Positions 22,760-30,763 of a stretch of 64,000 nucleotides of DNA are shown here, piece after piece. Below the pieces are notes generated by a model. That model had not been told where the DNA came from, did not search any database, and saw nothing but the letters and a program-made list of their open reading frames with translations. Source of the stretch: Nannocystales bacterium (lineage in GTDB: Bacteria; Myxococcota_A; Polyangia; Nannocystales; Nannocystaceae); contig JBOEGF010000007.1 in assembly GCA_050633305.1 (NCBI GenBank), positions 256,001 through 320,000 of the forward strand, given 5' to 3'. Position 1 is the stretch's first letter; the number at the start of each line of letters is the position of its first letter. The position numbers and the translations under genes are program-made.

Positions 22760-24663
22760 AGACTCACGCTCTGTGTAGCGCCGCCCTCGCGGCCACGATT
22801 TCCATCTCCATCGGGGGAACGACCGCCCACGCGGCACCGCCTCCGATGATGGATCCGTCCGCCATGTCGGGCATCCCCAGGCCCGACCCCAAACTCGCGC
22901 CTGGCACCGTCACGGTTCGCTGTCTCGGGAAGGCGGGCTTCTCCGCACCCGCGGTCGACACCGACGTCACGCTCGAGGTCACCGGGCCCGACGGCAAGGT
23001 GTCCTCGTTCACGGGCAAGACCCAAGAGCAGGGCCGGGCAACGTTCGACGAACTCTCCGAGCTCATCGGTGGGACCGCAGTCGCCAGTGTGATGCTCGGT
23101 GGCACCGAGGTGAAGTCCGGCTCCATCACGTTGTTGCCCGGAGCTGGAACCGCGGTCATGCTGGTCGAGGGAGCCTCGGCACCCGCCGCAGCGCCCGCGC
23201 GTCCGCCGGCCGCAACCGGCGGCGAGCCAGCCATTCCCGCGCCCGGAAACGCGTTCCCGCTCGAGGGGATGGAGGTCGGAAGCCTCACTGTCGGGACGTT
23301 CGATCTCGAGGCTCGGAAGCCCGTCCCCAGCGTCGTCGTCAAGCTGACGATCACACCGCCACAGGGGGAGGCAATCGTGCGGGAGCTGACAACCGACGCT
23401 CGCGGCAAGGCGGTCTTCGACAAGCTGGCGCCCCCCGATGTTCCTGCGGGGAGCACGATGGCCGCCGAGGCTCTGCTCGTCGAAGGCGGGACGCTCCGTA
23501 AGAGTCAGCCGTTCTCCATGTCGGCGGACAAGGGGATGGCGCTGGTGTTGGCCGAGGGTGCCGAGCAGTTCCAGGCTCCGTCCGGACAACAGGCCCAACC
23601 GCCTGCGAAAGCAAAACGCCAGCCGTTGGCGCCGCCAAGGATTCTCCGGACGCTGCCCACCGGGACGGTCCGAGTGTCGCTGCGGGACGCCAATGACCAG
23701 CCCATCGCCAACCAGAAGCTGATCGTGGTCAAGAAGGCGGCCACCGGTGCTGTTCAGGAGGTTCGCGCCGTCAGTGGGCCCGATGGGTCTGCGACGATCA
23801 AAGGCATTCCGGTCAAGCAGGACTCGCTGTATTTCGTCCGGACGGCCTACGGAGACGCGCCGTACGAGAGCGCGTTCTTTGGGATGGACGACCGCGGGGG
23901 CATCGATGTGCAGATGCGCCTCTTCGAGACGACCCGCGATCCCAGCGTCGTGCGTGCCGCGGTGCAGTACGACCTCCTCGAGGGGGAGAACGACCTCGCG
24001 CAGATCGTCCAGATTTTCGAGGTGGTCGTCGATGGCGACAAGGCGTTTTGGGACCCCGAGCTCCGCATCGAATCGATGGACGGGTCCAAAGGGTTCACGG
24101 TGCTCCGTCCGGCCGAGGGCTTCTTGGACCACGAGGAGAAGGCTCCGTACGCGACACTCCACGGCCCCATTCCTCCGGGCAAGCTGACCAACCTCTCCAC
24201 CGGCTACCTCTTTGAGCACAGCGGCACCATCGACTTCGAGTGGGTGGCGCCCTTCGACCTTGTTCAAGCGACGGTGCTTCAAGACGAACGCCTCGAACTC
24301 GAGGCTGCGGGCAAGACCCTGGGCGAACACGATTCGCCGGTTCCCGGACGCGTGGTGTGGGCGCTTCCGCAGCACAACCGTGGGGATACGGTGTCGTTCA
24401 CGATGACGAATCTTCGTCACCGTGACCCGCTCGTGAAGAACATCGCGTGGTGGTCCTTGGGTGGCTTTGCGGTGCTCACGATGTTCGGACTCATGCGGGC
24501 GCGCCCGACGAAGAAGGACCAGCTCCAGGCCCAGCGCGATCGGTTGCTTCAGGACCTCGCCGCCGCCAAAGGGGACACCGCCCGCAGTGAGGCGCTGCTC
24601 TCCGAGCTCGATCGCGTGGTTCGTCAGCTCGAGGTGCTCGAGTCGCCTCCGACCGCTTCGTAA
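22756..24663 (+). CDS. Exported protein with repeated carboxypeptidase-regulatory-like beta-sandwich domains and a C-terminal TM/coiled coil
   Basis: Start ATG 22756 (ATGA overlap). Signal peptide ...TAHA; three repeats ending (T/S)xxxG(R/K/S)A(T/V)(F/I); C-terminal TM then LQAQRDRLLQDL. Confidence 0.7.
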   Translation: MKTHALCSAALAATISISIGGTTAHAAPPPMMDPSAMSGIPRPDPKLAPGTVTVRCLGKAGFSAPAVDTDVTLEVTGPDGKVSSFTGKTQEQGRATFDELSELIGGTAVASVMLGGTEVKSGSITLLPGAGTAVMLVEGASAPAAAPARPPAATGGEPAIPAPGNAFPLEGMEVGSLTVGTFDLEARKPVPSVVVKLTITPPQGEAIVRELTTDARGKAVFDKLAPPDVPAGSTMAAEALLVEGGTLRKSQPFSMSADKGMALVLAEGAEQFQAPSGQQAQPPAKAKRQPLAPPRILRTLPTGTVRVSLRDANDQPIANQKLIVVKKAATGAVQEVRAVSGPDGSATIKGIPVKQDSLYFVRTAYGDAPYESAFFGMDDRGGIDVQMRLFETTRDPSVVRAAVQYDLLEGENDLAQIVQIFEVVVDGDKAFWDPELRIESMDGSKGFTVLRPAEGFLDHEEKAPYATLHGPIPPGKLTNLSTGYLFEHSGTIDFEWVAPFDLVQATVLQDERLELEAAGKTLGEHDSPVPGRVVWALPQHNRGDTVSFTMTNLRHRDPLVKNIAWWSLGGFAVLTMFGLMRARPTKKDQLQAQRDRLLQDLAAAKGDTARSEALLSELDRVVRQLEVLESPPTAS

Positions 24664-25400
24664 TGGACGAAACGGCCCTGCTCAGCCTCCGCGACATCAG
24701 CAAGCACTTCGGTCGCTTGGCGGTGTTGCGTGGGCTGGATCTCGATCTGCGAGCCGGCGAAATCGTCGGCCTCATCGGGGCCAACGGCGCGGGGAAGAGC
24801 ACGTTGTTGTCGATCATCGCTGGGCTCATGCCACCCAGTCGGGGTCAGCGACTGTTCGCTGGAAGTGAAGGCGTCGGACCGCAGGAGCGAGCCCGGTTCG
24901 CTGTCGTCAGCCATACCGCGCAGACCTACCCGCGACTGACGGCGCTTGAGAATCTCGAACTCTTCGCGAAGCTGCGCGCGCATGCCGGCTGCCACAGTGA
25001 GCCGTTGTTGCCGACGCTCGACAAGCTCGGCTTGGGCTACGCAGCACAGCGGCAGGCCGGCACCTTCTCCCGCGGGATGCTCCAGCGCCTGGCGCTGGCC
25101 CGCGCGCTGCTCGGCAAGCCCGAGATGTTGCTCCTCGACGAGCCATTCACCGCACTCGATCGGCCCGGACGAAGCCTGCTGGCCTCGGTGCTCGCGCAGG
25201 AGCGCGACCGCGGCGCTGCGATCCTGCTGATCTCGCACGACCTCGAAGCTCTGGTCTCGGTCGCGGACCGCGTGGTGCTGCTCGAAGAAGGTGTGATCGC
25301 CGGAGCGGTGCCTCGCGCCCCCGATGGGGAGACCTTTGGACCCCGGGTCCGGGAGTTGGCGGGTCGGATGCCCGCGGTCCGGGTCGAGGCAGAGGCGTGA
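24663..25400 (+). CDS. ccmA: Heme exporter ABC ATPase
   Basis: GANGAGKST, FSRGMLQRLALAR, LLLDEP, SH; ccm gene context. Confidence 0.85.
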   Translation: MDETALLSLRDISKHFGRLAVLRGLDLDLRAGEIVGLIGANGAGKSTLLSIIAGLMPPSRGQRLFAGSEGVGPQERARFAVVSHTAQTYPRLTALENLELFAKLRAHAGCHSEPLLPTLDKLGLGYAAQRQAGTFSRGMLQRLALARALLGKPEMLLLDEPFTALDRPGRSLLASVLAQERDRGAAILLISHDLEALVSVADRVVLLEEGVIAGAVPRAPDGETFGPRVRELAGRMPAVRVEAEA

Positions 25401-25465
25401 GCACATCGGTTGGTGCCGCGGGGTGTCCGGCCAGCGAGTCTGGCCGTGCTACAACCTTTCTCGGC

Positions 25466-26194
25466 ATGGTGGCGCTCCGTCAAGCGTGGCTGCTGGCGGT
25501 CAACGACCTCCGGCAGGAAGCTCGGGACCTCGAGCTGATTCTAACGTCCTCGTTCTTCAGCTTGGTCGTGCTGATCATGCTTGGCATGTCGTTCTCCGCG
25601 CTTGGGGTGTCGTCTCAACCTCTCGCCGTGCCGGGGATGCTCTGGTTGTCCGTCGCGTTTGTCGGCGCGCTGACCTTGGGTCGCATCTTCACCCGGGAGC
25701 GGGAGTTCGACACGCTGCGTGCGTTGCTGGTCGCCCCGGTCGAGAGGGTCTCGATCTATTTGGCCAAGGCGTTCGTGACCCTGGTGATCCTGTTGGGCTG
25801 CTCGCTGATCACCGTGCTGGGGCTCACGCTGTTGTTTCCTGCGGCGCAGCCGTTTGCGGACCGGCCGGTGGCCACCGCCGCACTCGTGCTCATGGGGTGC
25901 ACCGCCTACGCGGGCGTCGGCACCTTGTTCGCCGCCGGCTTGGCGAGCAGCAGCGGCAAGAATGTCCTGCTGTCGGTCATCCTCTACCCGTTGACCATGC
26001 CCTCGTTGCTGTTCGCGCTGGTGGCCACCCGGTCGCTGCTCGAAGGGCACGAATCCTTCTCCACCTACCTGGGACAGCTCACCGCGACCAACATCTTGGC
26101 GTTTGTCGTTGGGGCATGGCTGTTTGAGCCCGTCCTCGTGGGCGTGCCCCAAAAACGCCGCGGTACCGCTCGTGCCGCCCGGAGGCGTCGATGA
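25466..26194 (+). CDS. ccmB: Heme exporter permease CcmB
   Basis: NDLRQEAR, F.RERE..TL..L, LL.VILYPL..P; six TMs. The start could alternatively be GTG 25397. Confidence 0.88.
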   Translation: MVALRQAWLLAVNDLRQEARDLELILTSSFFSLVVLIMLGMSFSALGVSSQPLAVPGMLWLSVAFVGALTLGRIFTREREFDTLRALLVAPVERVSIYLAKAFVTLVILLGCSLITVLGLTLLFPAAQPFADRPVATAALVLMGCTAYAGVGTLFAAGLASSSGKNVLLSVILYPLTMPSLLFALVATRSLLEGHESFSTYLGQLTATNILAFVVGAWLFEPVLVGVPQKRRGTARAARRRR

Positions 26195-26922
26195 AAAAAA
26201 TCCTCCCGATCGCCTTTCTAGGCACGGCCGCACTGATCTTCCCGGTCAGCGTGAAGACCATCTTCCTCGACACACCGATCGAGAACCAGATGGGCACCGT
26301 GCAGAAGATCTTCTACTTTCACGTGCCGCTGGCTTGGATCATGATGCTGCTTGCTGTGGTGTGCGGCGTTGCAGCGGGCATCCAGCTTCGCCGGGACTCC
26401 AAACGAGCCGAAGCCGTGTCCATCGCGGCGGCAGAACTCGTGTTGGTCACGGGCCTGGGCGTGTTGATCACGGGCCCGATCTGGGGGCACGCGACGTGGG
26501 GCAAGGCCTGGACTTGGGATGCGCGTCAGGTCTCGACTGGGCTGCTGTGGCTGATCTTTGCCGCGTACGTCCTGGTCCGCCACTACGGTGCGGCGGGGTC
26601 GGAGCGGCTCGCCGCGGCGCTCGCAATCTTCGGGGCGATCGATGTCCCGGTGATCTACTACGCGGTCAAGATCTGGAAGACGACGCACCCTTCCAACGAT
26701 GTGGCCGGCTCGCTTCCCGCGAGCATGTGGGCCGCGTTGTGGCCCGCACTCATCGCCTTGCTGCTCACCTCGATGGCGCTCTTGCTGATCCGGGTGCAGC
26801 AAGAACTCACGGACGTGACCCTGGATGAAGCTTGGGTCGACCTCGACGACGCCGGCGCGAGCAAAGCTGAACCCGCCGATGAACCCGCTTCCGGATCCAC
26901 TCCGGGATTAGGAGACGCCTGA
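26191..26922 (+). CDS. ccmC: Heme exporter/CcmE heme-loading protein CcmC
   Basis: IFYFHVP, TGPIW...WGKAWTWDAR (WWD motif), WKTTHP. Confidence 0.93.
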   Translation: MKKILPIAFLGTAALIFPVSVKTIFLDTPIENQMGTVQKIFYFHVPLAWIMMLLAVVCGVAAGIQLRRDSKRAEAVSIAAAELVLVTGLGVLITGPIWGHATWGKAWTWDARQVSTGLLWLIFAAYVLVRHYGAAGSERLAAALAIFGAIDVPVIYYAVKIWKTTHPSNDVAGSLPASMWAALWPALIALLLTSMALLLIRVQQELTDVTLDEAWVDLDDAGASKAEPADEPASGSTPGLGDA

Positions 26923-27173
26923 TGGCTGCCCCCGCACAAACTCCCCCGAGCGACGAGTACGAACCCGTCAAGAATCTCGACCAGCAGACGATCGCTTGCG
27001 TCCGTGCCTGTGAGTCCGAGGCGGCGGCCAAGACCGCTTCTGACTACGAGCACATCGTCTGGGCCTACGGCGTCATCTGGAGCCTATTCGCGATCTATGG
27101 CGTCATGCTCTGGCGCCGCGGCTCGCGGCAGGCCATCGAAGTCGCCGACCTTCAGCGTCGCCTGTCCTCCTAG
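26922..27173 (+). CDS. ccmD: CcmD-like small membrane protein with N-terminal extension
   Basis: Follows ccmC with a TGATG overlap. Single TM YEHIVWAYGVIWSLFAIYGVML followed by a basic/charged tail. Confidence 0.7.
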   Translation: MAAPAQTPPSDEYEPVKNLDQQTIACVRACESEAAAKTASDYEHIVWAYGVIWSLFAIYGVMLWRRGSRQAIEVADLQRRLSS

Positions 27174-27180
27174 GCCGCCC

Positions 27181-27357
27181 ATGACGCTCGCCCACTTCAT
27201 CTACATCCCCGTCCTTCTCGGCGTGGGGTTGGTCATCGGCTTCGTAGTCGGTGGGCGGGCCGCGACCGGTGACAAGGCTGAGGCTGACCACAAGGCCCAG
27301 CGACGGGCCGCACGGGCCGCCCGGCGGGCCGCCCGAGACCGCGGCGCCTCCGAGTAG
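27181..27357 (+). CDS. Small single-TM protein (58 aa)
   Basis: MTLAHFIYIPVLLGVGLVIGFVVGGRAA plus an Arg-rich tail; starts 7 nt after ccmD. Confidence 0.65.
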   Translation: MTLAHFIYIPVLLGVGLVIGFVVGGRAATGDKAEADHKAQRRAARAARRAARDRGASE

Positions 27358-27475
27358 AACTGCAGTCAGGCCCGTGCGTTCGTGCAGCGCATCCCGGTGG
27401 GGATGCCTGGCGTTGTGCGGACCCTTCGGGTGTGGTCGTGGCGAACCGCCGGGAGGGTCTGCTAGACAGGCTCTG

Positions 27476-28621
27476 ATGTTCACGCCGGCATATTCCGAAG
27501 ACTCGCTCGCCTTGGCCGACACCGCGCGAAAGTTCGCGAAGGAGTCGATGATCCCGGTCGCTGGCAAGTACGACGAGCTCGGCCAAATGCCGATGGAGGT
27601 GTTCCAAGCGGCGTGGGAACTCGGACTGATGAACGTCGAGCTTCCCGAGTCGGTTGGCGGGCTCGAGGTCAGCACCGTCGAGGGCTGTCTCATCGCCGAG
27701 GAGTTGGCCTACGGCTGCGCGGCGATCTCCACCAGCATCGTATGCAACCATCTGGGGGCCCTGCCGCTGATGATCGGTGGCACGCAGGAGCAGAAAGAGA
27801 CGTGGCTGACCAAGCTCTCCGAGGAGATGTGCTTCGTCAGCTACGCCTGCTCAGAGCCCGAGGCCGGGTCCGACGTGGCTGCGATGCGGACGAAGCTGGT
27901 CAAGGACGGGGATGGGTGGATCCTCAGTGGGCAGAAGCGGTGGATCACCAACGCTGCCCACGCCAAGTTCTACACAGGCTTCGCGACCATCGACCCCACG
28001 CTTGGCCACAAGGGCATCACGGGATTCGTCGTGTCGGCGGATGCCCCCGGCGTGAGTGTCGGGAAAAAAGAGAACAAGCTCGGACAGCGAGCGTCGAGCA
28101 CCTGCGACGTGTTGTTCGACGACGTCAAGCTGGGGCCCGAGAACATCATCGGAGAGGTGGGGCGCGGCTTCTCCATCGCGATGGAGACCTTCGACAAGTC
28201 TCGTCCGATGATTGCGGCGCAGTGCGCTGGCCTCATCCGCCGTGCCTTGGACGAGTCGGTCAAGTACGCGAAGGAGCGCAAGACGTTCGGCGTGCCCATC
28301 GCTCAGCACCAGGCCATTCAGTTCATGATCGCGGAGATGGCGATGGCCCACGAGACCACCCGCTTGCTCTACAGCAAGGCCGCGTGGGAGGTCGACAATG
28401 GGGTCAAGCGGACCAGTACATCGGCGATGGCCAAGGCGATGGGCGCCGACCTGGCCATGAAGGCTACGACCGATGCGGTGCAGATCTTCGGCGGCTACGG
28501 GTACACGAAGGAGTACCCGGTCGAGAAGCTCATGCGTGACGCCAAGCTGATGCAGATCTACGAGGGCACGTCGCAGATTCAGCGACTCGTCATCGCGAAG
28601 AACATCCTCGTGCGCGGATGA
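27476..28621 (+). CDS. Acyl-CoA dehydrogenase
   Basis: Start ATG 27476. Motifs SEPEAGSD, GQKRWITNA, ERKTFG..I...QAIQF, QIFGGYGY, RDAK..QIYEGT. Confidence 0.95.
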   Translation: MFTPAYSEDSLALADTARKFAKESMIPVAGKYDELGQMPMEVFQAAWELGLMNVELPESVGGLEVSTVEGCLIAEELAYGCAAISTSIVCNHLGALPLMIGGTQEQKETWLTKLSEEMCFVSYACSEPEAGSDVAAMRTKLVKDGDGWILSGQKRWITNAAHAKFYTGFATIDPTLGHKGITGFVVSADAPGVSVGKKENKLGQRASSTCDVLFDDVKLGPENIIGEVGRGFSIAMETFDKSRPMIAAQCAGLIRRALDESVKYAKERKTFGVPIAQHQAIQFMIAEMAMAHETTRLLYSKAAWEVDNGVKRTSTSAMAKAMGADLAMKATTDAVQIFGGYGYTKEYPVEKLMRDAKLMQIYEGTSQIQRLVIAKNILVRG

Positions 28622-29442
28622 GTACGGTCCCCCAGTCGCTCCCCATCGGAGTGTTTGATTCCGGTGTTGGTGGACTGACCGTCCTGCGTGCGCTCCGCGA
28701 AGCGTTGCCGAACGAATCGTTCCTCTATCTGGGGGACACCGCACGGCTTCCTTACGGGACCAAGAGCTCGAACACCGTCGAGCGCTACGCGAAACAGTCC
28801 GCGCAAGTCTTGGTCGAGCGCGGGGTGAAGTTGCTGGTCATCGCGTGCAACACGGTCTCCGCCGTCGCGGTCGAGACCCTGCGTGATCGCTTTGGACCCC
28901 TGCCGGTCGTGGGCGTCGTCGAGCCCGGCGCAGAGGCGGCATGTGGTGCGACCTCGTCCGGCCACATCCTCATTACCGGGACCGAAGGCACCGTCCGCGG
29001 TGGTGCATACGAACGTGCGATCAAGCGGCGGCGGCCCGAAGCCGTCGTGCTCGGTCAGCCATGCCCGCTGTTCGTCGCCCTCGCTGAGGAGGCGTGGACC
29101 CAGGGGGATGTTCCACAGCTGGCGGCTCGCCGCTACCTGGCTCCCCATTTGGCTTCGGACCCCGCGCTCGACACGGTGGTCCTCGGCTGTACCCATTTCC
29201 CCGTGCTCGCGGGTGTGGTCCAGCAGGTGGTGGGGCCAGAGGTGACCGTGGTCGACTCGGCCATGACGACAGCCTCCGCGGTTCGGTCCCTCCTACAGGA
29301 GCTTGGGCTCTCCTCGCCGAGCCGCGAACCCGGTAAGCTCGCGTTGCTTGCGACCGACGACGCTGAACGTTTTGCCCGGGTCGGGTCGGGTTTCCTCGCG
29401 ACGACGCTTCACGCTGAAGACGTAGAATTGGTCGACCTGTGA
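28618..29442 (+). CDS. murI: Glutamate racemase
   Basis: IGVFDSGVGGLTV, DTARLPYG, IACNT, LGCTHFP. Confidence 0.97.
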   Translation: MSTVPQSLPIGVFDSGVGGLTVLRALREALPNESFLYLGDTARLPYGTKSSNTVERYAKQSAQVLVERGVKLLVIACNTVSAVAVETLRDRFGPLPVVGVVEPGAEAACGATSSGHILITGTEGTVRGGAYERAIKRRRPEAVVLGQPCPLFVALAEEAWTQGDVPQLAARRYLAPHLASDPALDTVVLGCTHFPVLAGVVQQVVGPEVTVVDSAMTTASAVRSLLQELGLSSPSREPGKLALLATDDAERFARVGSGFLATTLHAEDVELVDL

Positions 29443-29480
29443 TAGCCTCGCAACGGCGTATGCGGCGCTGTTCTCGGACG

Positions 29481-30392
29481 ATGTTTCGTTCTCGCTCCTC
29501 GCGTGCTTGGAGCCTTGCGTTGGCCACGAGCATGCTCGGCGGCGCGTTGATGGTGACCCCGGAGCCCGCGCATGCACGCACGGCCGCCCTGGCTGTCGAG
29601 AGCACGCCCGAGGAGCTCTACGACGAAGGTCGCAAGGCCTATCGGCTTGGGGACTTCGAGACGGCGGTCGACAAGTGGGAGAAGGCGTACGACCTCTCCG
29701 ACAACGGCCTGCTGCTCTACAACATCTCCCTGGCCTACAAGGGGCTGTACACGATCTCCAACGACCTCGCCGACCTCCGGCGCGCCCGGGCGATCTTGGA
29801 CAACTTCATCAAGGTCGCCAAGGCCAACGCGGATATCGATCCCGACGATGCTCCCGAGCGGCTGGTCGAGCTCGACGCGATGATCGCCGAGGCCGAGAAG
29901 GCCGCCGAGGACGACAAGCCACCCCCGCCCGTGGTCGTTCAGCCCACCGAGGGCGACGAGCTACGCGAGAAGATGGGCCCGGACGCGGGTCGAAACCTTC
30001 GCCTGGCCGGGATGGGCACGATGGTCGGAGGCGGCGCGATCGCGCTGACCGGCGTCGCGCTTGCGGCGTTTTATGGCATCAAGGGGCAGGAGTTCAGCTC
30101 CAAGCTCGGGAACTCCCTCGAAGCGCAGAACAGCTGCGAAGACGACCCGTCGGACTCGAATTGCGAACGCTTCGACGGCGAGATCGAGACGTGGCGGAAC
30201 AACGGCAACGAGGCCAACACCTTGTCGGTCGCCATGGGCCTCGGCCTCGGCGGGGTCGGCGTCGTGGCGCTGGTCGCGGGTGGTCTCGTCTTCCACGAGG
30301 GCAACAAGCGCACCAAGCAGTGGGAGCGCGGCCTCGCCAATCTCCGAGTTTCGCCGACCCGGCGTGGACTCGTGCTGACGGGTCGATTCTAG
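29481..30392 (+). CDS. Secreted TPR protein with Gly-rich hydrophobic C-terminal region
   Basis: Signal peptide ...PAHA; TPR-like helices (LYDEGRKAYRLGDFETAVDKWEKAY); Pro linker; C-terminal GLVLTGRF. Confidence 0.75.
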   Translation: MFRSRSSRAWSLALATSMLGGALMVTPEPAHARTAALAVESTPEELYDEGRKAYRLGDFETAVDKWEKAYDLSDNGLLLYNISLAYKGLYTISNDLADLRRARAILDNFIKVAKANADIDPDDAPERLVELDAMIAEAEKAAEDDKPPPPVVVQPTEGDELREKMGPDAGRNLRLAGMGTMVGGGAIALTGVALAAFYGIKGQEFSSKLGNSLEAQNSCEDDPSDSNCERFDGEIETWRNNGNEANTLSVAMGLGLGGVGVVALVAGGLVFHEGNKRTKQWERGLANLRVSPTRRGLVLTGRF

Positions 30393-30763
30393 GCGACCCA
30401 GCCACCCCGCGTCTCCGCTCTGTGGGCGGCGCTCGGATGGCGGAGATCGCTCGCCATCGTGCGAATGCTCAACGCTCCGGAAAACCGTCCCACGTCTCGC
30501 CCGATGGGGTGCTCGGGGCGTAAGCCGCCTCAGGCAACACCGTTGAACCCTCCCAAGGTGGACTCCCTACCAAAACGCACTGCGGCGCGAAGCCATCCCG
30601 GACCCGGTGCGAGTAGCGGCATCCTTGTGATATACGAGCGCAGCCCGAAAATTTGGGCCCCTGGGATGGTGTATCGAAGTTTTCGACACCGAAGGTCCTC
30701 ATGCTCACTGCACCCCACGCACCTGATTTCAAGAGTGACCCCAGGCCCGAGAAGGAGCCCATC

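Noticed and set aside
30480..30700. Possible cobalamin or c-di-GMP riboswitch upstream of the TonB-dependent receptor
   Set aside because: Only fragmentary resemblance (GGCAA.., GCGAAGCC..GTAGCGG), with no B12 box and no GNRA-capped P2 in the right spacing. A hairpin at ~30668-30690 alone is insufficient.
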